The notes beneath the pieces are model-generated. The model saw only the letters and a list, made by a program, of their open reading frames with translations, was not told where the DNA came from and made no database searches. From a virus (lineage: Duplodnaviria > Heunggongvirae > Uroviricota > Caudoviricetes), in the IMG/VR virus record IMGVR_UViG_2703718819_000019: a stretch of 6,242 nucleotides of DNA, one strand, 5' to 3'. Made by a program: the position numbers and the translations under genes. Shown here in pieces: positions 1 through 5,735 of the stretch. The stretch's first letter is position 1, and each line of letters starts with the position of its first letter.

Positions 1-210
1 GCGCTTACGCCAGCCCGCAGGCAGAGCACCAGAAAAATAAAACTCACTGATTACGTCCATGGCAAACGGCTTTAAGCGCAATCCGGCAGCGCCTGTATTT
101 TTCAGTAATGCCCGAAGAATACTGTTGCGTAGCGGTAAAACAGTCTGTTGATATTTGGTGAAATATTTATTTGTCTGCACACGGTCTAATTTGAAATAAA
201 AATATGCCAT
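1..210 (-). CDS. hypothetical protein, N-terminal part only (ORF continues past the window start)
   Basis: Reverse-strand ATG at 208-210 preceded by a purine-rich Shine-Dalgarno-like stretch (AAGGAACAGGA, plus 213-227 reverse-complemented). My manual translation MAYFYFKLDRVQTNKYFTKYQQTVLPLRNSILRALLKNTGAAGLRLKPFAMDVISEFYFSGALPAGWRKR runs 70 codons to the window edge with no stop. Same direction as the upstream operon. Absent from the supplied ORF track because it has no stop inside the window. Confidence 0.4.
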   Translation of the reverse strand, partial: MAYFYFKLDRVQTNKYFTKYQQTVLPLRNSILRALLKNTGAAGLRLKPFAMDVISEFYFSGALPAGWRKR

Positions 211-307
211 ATATCCTGTTCCTTATTTTCAGTTTACAGGCGCAGGCAGTCCCCTGACGCGAGCGCCATAATTAAAACGAAGTGATATTTAATTGATTAA
301 TGCGGTG

Positions 308-838
308 TTATTTATTCAGTCCGGCGTCCTGTTCAAAAGGCTCGACATAAAAACTTTCAGCGCCTTTATTCACCTTGATACCGGCAATGCCTTTCACAGC
401 ATCCGGCTCCGCCAGGACGGCTTCCTTGTTCACTTCCTCTTTCGTGCGGATGAAACGCTCAAGCCCCATACGGCGCAGCATTTCAATCACACCTTCCACA
501 TCACGGCTGACGCTGCATGATGGCGTTCCCAGCCGCCATGACACCGTTCCGGTGGTCAGATTGGCTGTTTTGGTTTTGCCGCCGTTCGTCAGCTCATCAC
601 GGTTGGTTTTGCACCAGTCCTGAATCCCTTTAAAAAGCACTTTGATTTGCTTTTTAAGATTTTCAATCTGCGGCGTATAACGGGCGGTGATTTCTGCCAC
701 TTCGTCATTCATCGCCGTTTCCAGGCGCAGCGCCTCTCGCTGAATATCGCCCAGGGTGCGGATATCGCGGCTGACTTCTTCGCGGGTCTGCGGTGCGGCC
801 TCGGCTACAGCCTTTAATTTTGTAACGCGTTTTGCCAT
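308..838 (-). CDS. gam: Gam-like host-nuclease inhibitor / Ku-like double-strand DNA end-binding protein
   Basis: 176-aa ORF. Segments such as LGDIQREALRLETAMNDEVAEIT, WCKTNRDELTNGGKTKTANLTTGTVSWR and RFIRTKEEVNKEAVLAEP are near-collinear with phage Mu Gam (about 174 aa) as I recall it. Shine-Dalgarno AAGGA lies 8 nt upstream of the ATG (836-838). TAA stop at 308-310. Confidence 0.9.
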   Translation of the reverse strand: MAKRVTKLKAVAEAAPQTREEVSRDIRTLGDIQREALRLETAMNDEVAEITARYTPQIENLKKQIKVLFKGIQDWCKTNRDELTNGGKTKTANLTTGTVSWRLGTPSCSVSRDVEGVIEMLRRMGLERFIRTKEEVNKEAVLAEPDAVKGIAGIKVNKGAESFYVEPFEQDAGLNK

Positions 839-849
839 TTTGTTTTTCC

Positions 850-1143
850 TTATTGCAGTGTGCCTGATGCTTTATGCACGCGGTGGCGTTTAATGATGGC
901 ATCCGCTCCAAAAGACTGTGCAGATGCCTGAAATTCCGCTGAGAGAAACTGAATAATTGCAGGACTGTGATACTGGAGAATACTTGCATAAACGTCACAG
1001 AGTGACGTCGGGCTGTTATCCGTATCACGTTCTGTTTTCACATCCACTCCAATCTTTTCATGCACTTCAACACAGTCATTGCCTGCCAACTTTTCGTCAT
1101 GCGAAACATGATTAAATTCAAAAATAACGCGTACTTTGCTCAT
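850..1143 (-). CDS. small hypothetical protein, paralog 2 of an MSKV..IFEF/Y family
   Basis: The track ORF starts at 1170, but the internal ATG at 1141-1143 (MSKVRVIFEFNHV...) has an upstream AGGGG Shine-Dalgarno-like motif and begins 5 nt after the stop of the preceding ORF. Its N-terminus matches the neighbouring ORF 1148..1420 (MSKVVRIIFEYKEHV) at protein level and about 24 of 27 nt. TAA stop at 850-852. Confidence 0.6.
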   Translation of the reverse strand: MSKVRVIFEFNHVSHDEKLAGNDCVEVHEKIGVDVKTERDTDNSPTSLCDVYASILQYHSPAIIQFLSAEFQASAQSFGADAIIKRHRVHKASGTLQ

Positions 1144-1147
1144 GGAA

Positions 1148-1420
1148 TTACCCCTGCTGATTAAATTCATTACCTTTAATAACCCCGGAACGCATGCTCA
1201 TATCTTTCATGAGCGCACTGGCTTTCATTGCCACAAGTTCAGCAAAGTCTCTGCTTTCCGCGAGCATAACCACCCCAAAAATCATGGCGGGTCCATCACC
1301 TTTCTGCTTTATCCTGGTTGAACGTATGTCCAGACTTACCCCCATGCGCACTGTTCCATCAGGGTTTTTATGGATAACGTGCTCCTTGTATTCGAAAATA
1401 ATGCGTACGACTTTACTCAT
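1148..1420 (-). CDS. small hypothetical protein, paralog 1 of an MSKV..IFEF/Y family
   Basis: 90-aa ORF. ATG at 1418-1420 preceded by GAGGA with a 7-nt spacer. The start overlaps the stop of the upstream ORF as ATGA (1417-1420), indicating translational coupling. Shared N-terminal motif with ORF 850..1143. Confidence 0.6.
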   Translation of the reverse strand: MSKVVRIIFEYKEHVIHKNPDGTVRMGVSLDIRSTRIKQKGDGPAMIFGVVMLAESRDFAELVAMKASALMKDMSMRSGVIKGNEFNQQG

Positions 1421-1698
1421 CCTCTGGTCCTCGTTCTGTTTGGATAACTGACCCGGCGTCTGACCTCACGGCAGAACCGAATCATGGCATTAAAGGCTTC
1501 TTCCTCCGTCACCGCTTCCGGTATCCCCGGAACCAGTAACTGCTCCTGTTCATCACGTCCATGACGCGCCATAACCTCAATCACATGCCGTACCGTGGCA
1601 GGCTTTCCGGCAACTATCGGCAATGCACCTTCCGGCAGGACGTAACCAAACTCAATAAGACCACTCGACCACGCCCATGCAATGAGATTTCGTTTCAC
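1417..1698 (-). CDS. small hypothetical protein (GTG start)
   Basis: 93-aa ORF. The start codon is GTG (reverse complement of 1696-1698), preceded by a strong Shine-Dalgarno GGGAGGTG (plus 1701-1710 reverse-complemented). It lies in the same operon, 1 nt after the stop of the upstream ORF. No recognisable domain by eye. Confidence 0.5.
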   Translation of the reverse strand: MKRNLIAWAWSSGLIEFGYVLPEGALPIVAGKPATVRHVIEVMARHGRDEQEQLLVPGIPEAVTEEEAFNAMIRFCREVRRRVSYPNRTRTRG

Positions 1699-1699
1699 C

Positions 1700-1954
1700 T
1701 CACACCTCCCAGCAAACCGTGCAGCCGCTGATGCGGGTGGCCTTCACACGGCGGCGCAGGCCGTTGGTCTGTATGGTGATTTCAATTTCACCGGTTCCCT
1801 GCACGTTGCCTACCGGCGGCGTGGTTTTCAGTGCAAAACGTTGCGGATAGCGCTTACTGCGTTCCAGTACCGCACCGGCAAGTTCGGTCAGACGGCGCGC
1901 GCTGTTCAGGGAGTCGAATAAATTCATTTTGTTACCGCAGGATTGCATATTCAT
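1700..1954 (-). CDS. small hypothetical protein
   Basis: The track ORF is 1700..1966. I prefer the in-frame ATG at 1952-1954 (MNMQSCGNK...) because GAGGTG sits 6 nt upstream, whereas the ATG at 1966 has no Shine-Dalgarno. The C-terminus carries a CxxC pair (CTVC). TGA stop at 1700-1702. Confidence 0.45.
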   Translation of the reverse strand: MNMQSCGNKMNLFDSLNSARRLTELAGAVLERSKRYPQRFALKTTPPVGNVQGTGEIEITIQTNGLRRRVKATRISGCTVCWEV

Positions 1955-1966
1955 ATAACACCTCAT

Positions 1967-2194
1967 TTAGCTGACTTGTTTCGCACCAACAGAACGGCAT
2001 ATTCCGCTGTAAACGTCTGTCGCACCTTCGCGATCAAGTCCGGCAGATATCACCATTCGTGTGCGGTCATTAAATTCAAAAAGTAAATCGCCACATTCTT
2101 TATTTTCGGCCAGTGAAATCACCTTCACGTTATCGAAATTAACCAGGTAAAAGCGTCCGTAAATATCAGGAATATTAAATACCGCCATAATCAC
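1967..2194 (-). CDS. small hypothetical protein in the position occupied by kil in phage Mu (immediately downstream of B)
   Basis: 75-aa ORF whose ATG overlaps the B stop as ATGA (2191-2194). It contains an internal LLFEFNDRTRMV segment related to the N-termini of ORFs 850..1143 and 1148..1420, and shares an identical 14-nt string with the former (2069-2082 vs 1111-1124). The Kil analogy is positional only; I cannot verify sequence similarity. Confidence 0.5.
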   Translation of the reverse strand: MIMAVFNIPDIYGRFYLVNFDNVKVISLAENKECGDLLFEFNDRTRMVISAGLDREGATDVYSGICRSVGAKQVS

Positions 2195-3123
2195 ACCTGT
2201 GAGAGTAATTCAGGGTTGGTATAAACCTCTTTAAAGGCCGCATTAATATGTTTTTCTGTCAGCGCCGCGCCTTCACCGCTGGCGGTGAGCCACGCCTGGT
2301 TAAGCGTATGTGTCAGAACGCGTAACGCTCCCGGCTTTTCAGCGATAGCCTGCATGACGGCCAGCTCGGCCTCACCACTGATCTCCCACGCCCTGGCAAT
2401 GGCCAGCACATCCGCCTTTTTGGCCTTGCGAAGTTGTTTTGTACGGGCAAGACGGCTGAACAGGCGCGATAAATCATCAAAGGCGCGGCGTCCACCTTTA
2501 AACAATCCGCGCGGGTTACCAATAAGCACCATCCCGATCCCCGTGGCGTCCTGAATTGCCCGGAGTTGCTCCAGACCGTCAATACCAAGATGATCCGCCT
2601 CATCCACAATCACCAGTCCACGCGTTCCCATCAGGCGACGGCGGATGGCGCGGGATAATGCCCCTTTGTTCGCGCGGGTGTAATCAATCCCCAGCGCATC
2701 GGCCAGCTCCAGCAGACACTCCGTGACGCTGGAGTGCGCGGGTGACAGGGTGATCATCCAGGTGTTTGGTTGCTCCTGGCAGTAATTACGGGCAGTGGCC
2801 GTTTTACCCACACCCGGTACGCCCACAATAACGTTAATACAGCCCATCAGACGAACCGCCTGAAACAGTGCGCGCAGCTCCTGGACTGTCTGCGTTTCCA
2901 CAAACTGCGGCGGTTCCGGCAGTGCGCTTTGTTTATTCCAGTTCTCATACCAGGAACGCAGGGAAGCAGCCACAGCAGCGTTATCGCCTTTATATTTTCC
3001 CTTACGGAAAGCCGATAATGTGCCGTCGGAAATTCCCGCCTCTCTGGCGATGGCATACTGCGTCAGTACGCCGCCATCAATAAGTTCATCAATGGTCTTG
3101 ATTACATCGTTAATATCAGTCAT
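2191..3123 (-). CDS. B: MuB-like AAA+ ATPase, transposition target-DNA activator
   Basis: 310-aa ORF. N-terminal HTH-like region (LTQYAIAREAGISDGTLSAF), Walker A GVPGVGKT, Walker B LVIVDEADHL, and overall collinearity with phage Mu B (312 aa) as recalled, including the PEPPQFVETQTV and KKADV..IA.AW segments. Shine-Dalgarno GAGAGG 8 nt upstream of the ATG at 3121-3123. Confidence 0.92.
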   Translation of the reverse strand: MTDINDVIKTIDELIDGGVLTQYAIAREAGISDGTLSAFRKGKYKGDNAAVAASLRSWYENWNKQSALPEPPQFVETQTVQELRALFQAVRLMGCINVIVGVPGVGKTATARNYCQEQPNTWMITLSPAHSSVTECLLELADALGIDYTRANKGALSRAIRRRLMGTRGLVIVDEADHLGIDGLEQLRAIQDATGIGMVLIGNPRGLFKGGRRAFDDLSRLFSRLARTKQLRKAKKADVLAIARAWEISGEAELAVMQAIAEKPGALRVLTHTLNQAWLTASGEGAALTEKHINAAFKEVYTNPELLSQV

Positions 3124-3194
3124 ATTATTAACCTCTCATTTGATACCTTGTTTAATCAAATAACCTGAGTCGCCGCTCGGGTTATTTTTTTATT

Positions 3195-5303
3195 TCAGGC
3201 CAGCGGGTCATTTTCTTTTAATTTCGCTTCCAGCAACTGCAATCCCCGCTGGAAATTACGCTCGTATTCTTCATCAGGTTCATCGTCAGCGACCGGTTGC
3301 TGAACGGTCACCGTATTACCCACAGGGCGGTATATGTTTTCCAGCCAGGGCCCCTGTGGCTTGTGCTCCAGCACGTTGACAACCTCATCCTCGGCATCAC
3401 GGATTTTTTCCTCTGCGCGTTTACGCATGCCTTTAAGGCGCTGCTGCTGTTTATGGTATTCCGCGCTGACCGGGAAGGCTTCGCGTTTATTGCCGTCCCA
3501 TACCGCCTCGCAAATCACACTGCCATCCAGGCGACGCACGGTAATTCGCTCAGCATCATGAATGTCATAGCTGATAAGCACCTTACGACCATGCTCGTCA
3601 CGCAGCTCGGGCGCGTAGTAAATATTATTCAGCCAGCGTATTTCACAGCGTCTTACAGGGCGCTCCACCATCGGCCGGAACATATCCCGCAGCTCAACAT
3701 CGGACAGCCATTCAATTTCCGTGTCCTCTTCTGCCAGGCGTTTTTTTCTGAACTCCGCCGGGCTGTAATGCTTCCCGTTCGGCTTCATGGGTAATTCATC
3801 GTGCGGCCGGTTGTTGTACCACTCAACACCATCACGAATGGCATCAATCAGTTCAGACCAGGACGGTAAATCACGCATCGCTGACTGCTGCCGGGCGTTC
3901 AGCCGCTTGCCCTGTTGCAGGGCAGTGAATGCCGAGCGTAAATCGCGGTTGGTTTTGCGTAACGTCTCGCGATCTGCACCTTTCCCGAAATAGGTGCGGT
4001 ATCTGCGGGCTATGCGCATCGGTAATGTGCGGTTAAGCCGTTCGATAATGCCCCGTCCCTGCGGATTACCGGCAATCCCGGTCGGGTGATTAATCCCCAG
4101 TCGCGGTAGTATCCCCACAATCTCCTTATCCAGGATGTCGGCGGTTTCCCCGGAGCCATTATCCGAGTAATACAGAAACGGTTTGCCGTGATGGCGAATG
4201 CCGTGCTGTATAGCACCGGCTACGGCGAAAACATTTTCAGCCAGGTCAAGGCTCCAGCCCACCACAAAGCGTGTACCGCCATCGATAACAAAGGTTACTT
4301 CCGGTGCAAATGGCCGCCCGTGAACCGGGTGCCTGCATTTCAGCTTCATGCCGTGACCGTCACCAATCCAGACATAGTTCACCGGCATTCTGGACCAGTC
4401 GCGGCGCGTGAATCCCTCAAGCTGGCGGTATTCACTGCCGGTCACCCGGCCTTTTTGTTTCACCACTTCCGGCAGTTTCTTCATTGCGCGGCGAATGGTG
4501 TCATAAGACGGCATGATATCGAGCATATAAGGCTCATCAGCGTGCCGGTGCTGCCATTCAGCGACAAAATCCTCGTAAGCCTCGGTCATTGGTCGGCCGT
4601 TTGACTGGCGATACTGCGCCAGAAATTCGGGCAGCCAGTTAATATCTTCGGCTTTTATTTCCTGGCGCTTACCCGGTGCCAGTAAAAGCAGGCGTTCAGC
4701 GGCGTTCTGCGCCTTGTTAAAGGCCGCAATCCAGCGTTTCAGCGTGATTTCACTTAACGCGCGGCTGTTTCCCTTTTTGGCGTTCGCCGTCTCAACCATT
4801 GCCACAATGCGCTCGTCCAGCTGCGAACGTGCCAGGTTGTCAACGATAAACCGGATAGCCTTCGCACAGCTGAAACCAGGTTGTTGCGCGACTTTCAGAA
4901 CTTCGCTGACGATCGCGATTCGTGCATCAGCCACCTGGCGCTGGTTTTCAGTCAGGGCATTGAGGCGTTCGACCATCAGTTGTGGTGATCCGCGATATGC
5001 CTCCACCGCATCAACCACGGCAGGTGAGCGTCTGGCCTTTGTCACCACCGGAGCCGGTGATTCATCGGCTTTTTGCGTCATCAGTTGCAGGGCGTAGCGT
5101 TCACGTACTGCCTGCTGAACAGTTAAAGGCAAAGCACCTATTTCACACTCTAAAACTTTCCCTTTTACCCCTGGTTTTAGCCGCGTTTTCCACGCCTCCC
5201 TCTTTGCTTTTTTGTGCAGACCTGCCAAAGAACTAGGTAGGTCACTGAATGAAATCAATTCAGTCATTGCAACCCACATATTTCCTCCGCGCACGTCGTT
5301 CAT
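3195..5303 (-). CDS. A: MuA-like DDE transposase
   Basis: 702-aa ORF. N-terminal winged-helix-like motif DLPSSLAGLHKKAKREAWKTR (the enhancer/operator-binding domain in MuA). Central DDE candidates in WIGDGHG, YYSDNGSGE and GRGIIERLNRT. Size and position match Mu A. The true start is probably the ATG at 5277-5279 (MWVAMTEL...), which has GGAGGA immediately upstream; the track start at 5303 has no Shine-Dalgarno. TGA stop at 3195-3197. Confidence 0.93.
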   Translation of the reverse strand: MNDVRGGNMWVAMTELISFSDLPSSLAGLHKKAKREAWKTRLKPGVKGKVLECEIGALPLTVQQAVRERYALQLMTQKADESPAPVVTKARRSPAVVDAVEAYRGSPQLMVERLNALTENQRQVADARIAIVSEVLKVAQQPGFSCAKAIRFIVDNLARSQLDERIVAMVETANAKKGNSRALSEITLKRWIAAFNKAQNAAERLLLLAPGKRQEIKAEDINWLPEFLAQYRQSNGRPMTEAYEDFVAEWQHRHADEPYMLDIMPSYDTIRRAMKKLPEVVKQKGRVTGSEYRQLEGFTRRDWSRMPVNYVWIGDGHGMKLKCRHPVHGRPFAPEVTFVIDGGTRFVVGWSLDLAENVFAVAGAIQHGIRHHGKPFLYYSDNGSGETADILDKEIVGILPRLGINHPTGIAGNPQGRGIIERLNRTLPMRIARRYRTYFGKGADRETLRKTNRDLRSAFTALQQGKRLNARQQSAMRDLPSWSELIDAIRDGVEWYNNRPHDELPMKPNGKHYSPAEFRKKRLAEEDTEIEWLSDVELRDMFRPMVERPVRRCEIRWLNNIYYAPELRDEHGRKVLISYDIHDAERITVRRLDGSVICEAVWDGNKREAFPVSAEYHKQQQRLKGMRKRAEEKIRDAEDEVVNVLEHKPQGPWLENIYRPVGNTVTVQQPVADDEPDEEYERNFQRGLQLLEAKLKENDPLA

Positions 5304-5505
5304 ATCTAGTAGGCCAAATAACTTGCGGCTCTACACCTATAGCCCTAGCAATAATCTTTTCACCTTTAGGGTAGGGAACTCGCAAAGCATTACCCAAAGT
5401 CCTAGGCTGCAAATTATTTTCCCTTGATAAACGTGACAAATTGGTATCGCGTTTTTCTAAGGCTGCCTTTATATCGGCGGAAGACCAATCTTCAATAAGA
5501 CTCAC
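5260..5505 (-). CDS. ner: Ner-like DNA-binding transcriptional regulator (Ner/Nlp family)
   Basis: 81-aa ORF. The PYPKGEKIIARAIGVEPQVIWPTRY segment matches the conserved core of Mu Ner and E. coli Nlp (..WPKGE.IIA.ALG..P..IWPSRY). GTG start at 5503-5505 preceded by AGGGGG with a 5-nt spacer. It is the first gene of the early operon and its 3' end overlaps the 5' end of A. Confidence 0.85.
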   Translation of the reverse strand: MSLIEDWSSADIKAALEKRDTNLSRLSRENNLQPRTLGNALRVPYPKGEKIIARAIGVEPQVIWPTRYERRARRKYVGCND

Positions 5506-5540
5506 AATGGCCCCCTGTGTACTTTCTATGGCAAACTTTA

Positions 5541-5579
5541 TTACTCATGTGTGCTACTCTATTGAGTTACTCACTAGTG
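5541..5579. repeat. three tandem 13-bp direct repeats (TTACTCATGTGTG / CTACTCTATTGAG / TTACTCACTAGTG), candidate operator or iteron-like sites
   Basis: Read directly from the sequence: the TACTC core recurs at 5542, 5555 and 5568, an exact 13-bp phase, and 8 of 13 positions are invariant (yTACTCwnnnGnG). A fourth TTACTC lies at 5644-5649. Confidence 0.5.
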
Positions 5580-5589
5580 TATGTTTGAT

Positions 5590-5618
5590 ATATTAGATAT
5601 TAACTAAGTAAATATCAA
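5590..5618 (-). promoter_or_regulatory. candidate early promoter (Pe-like) for the ner-A-B operon
   Basis: On the minus strand, -35 TTGATA (plus 5613-5618), a 17-nt spacer and -10 TAATAT (plus 5590-5595), about 80 nt upstream of the ner GTG. The -35 hexamer overlaps the IHF consensus match, so the two assignments compete. Confidence 0.35.
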
Positions 5619-5625
5619 CCGGTTA
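5613..5625 (+). promoter_or_regulatory. candidate IHF binding site
   Basis: TATCAACCGGTTA matches the IHF core consensus WATCAANNNNTTR at every defined position, with an AT-rich tract immediately 5'. In Mu, IHF binds within the operator region and stimulates Pe (established knowledge). Confidence 0.4.
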
Positions 5626-5735
5626 ATTTCAAATTCCTTAGATTTACTCGATATCTATTTGTTTTATATTAGATTATTTTTGAAATAAACCACAGAAGAG
5701 ATATGAACAAAAGTTAATATCAAATGGAGTTTGAT

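Larger units (their letters stand above)
5506..5723. promoter_or_regulatory. divergent operator/promoter region between ner (early operon) and repressor c; probable transposition-enhancer equivalent
   Basis: A 218-bp intergenic region, far more AT-rich than its flanks, between divergently oriented regulator genes. It contains three phased 13-bp direct repeats (5541-5579), palindromes CACTAGTG (5572-5579) and AACCGGTT (5617-5624), and an IHF core consensus match (5613-5625). Candidate plus-strand promoters for c are weak and ambiguous: TTTACT 5643-5648 with TATATT 5665-5670, or TTGAAA 5680-5685 with TATGAA 5702-5707. In Mu the equivalent region holds O1-O3, Pe, Pc and an IHF site (established knowledge). 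Confidence 0.65.

Noticed and set aside
293-1028. ORFs 293..520 +, 375..623 + and 705..1028 - overlapping gam and its neighbour
   Set aside because: Antisense or out of frame relative to Gam, which is strongly supported, and to the paralog ORF. No ribosome-binding sites and no recognisable features.
850-1170. Longer 106-aa form of paralog 2 starting at 1170 (MNLISRGNS...)
   Set aside because: That start lies 23 nt inside the preceding ORF and has no Shine-Dalgarno. The internal ATG at 1143 has one and aligns with the N-terminus of the paralog. Kept as a lower-probability alternative only.
1136-1921. Plus-strand ORFs 1136..1321, 1194..1451 and 1682..1921 antisense to the small-ORF cassette
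   Set aside because: The minus-strand frames have Shine-Dalgarno motifs, coupled stop/start junctions and paralog relationships. The plus-strand frames lack these and would require a divergent promoter in the middle of the operon.
2285-3083. Alternate-frame and antisense ORFs within B (2285..2554 +, 2313..2609 -, 2770..3018 +, 2847..3056 -, 2868..3083 +)
   Set aside because: Fully contained in the MuB ORF, which has Walker A/B motifs and end-to-end similarity to Mu B. They are arginine- and cysteine-rich low-complexity translations typical of wrong-frame reads.
3297-5236. Plus-strand ORFs inside the transposase gene (3297..3794, 3334..3561, 3787..3993, 4188..4604, 4714..5097, 4982..5236) and the minus-strand alternate-frame ORF 4010..4216
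   Set aside because: All lie antisense to, or out of frame within, the well-supported 702-aa DDE transposase ORF. Long shadow ORFs are expected in a gene with this G+C content, and none has a convincing start context or recognisable motif.
5212-5427. Plus-strand ORF 5212..5427 antisense to ner
   Set aside because: Overlaps the conserved Ner/Nlp-family ORF on the opposite strand. No start context.
5600-5613. Possible Ner operator of the Mu type at AACTAAGT (5602-5609)
   Set aside because: My recollection of the Mu Ner consensus (a 12-bp repeat ending in CTAAGT, present twice) is not reliable enough. Only one such copy is present, so I do not call it.
5506-5723. Possible CRISPR-like or tandem array read from the repeated TTACTC motifs
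   Set aside because: The repeats are 13-bp units without intervening spacers, only three to four copies, inside a divergent promoter region. This fits operator sites, not a CRISPR array or satellite.
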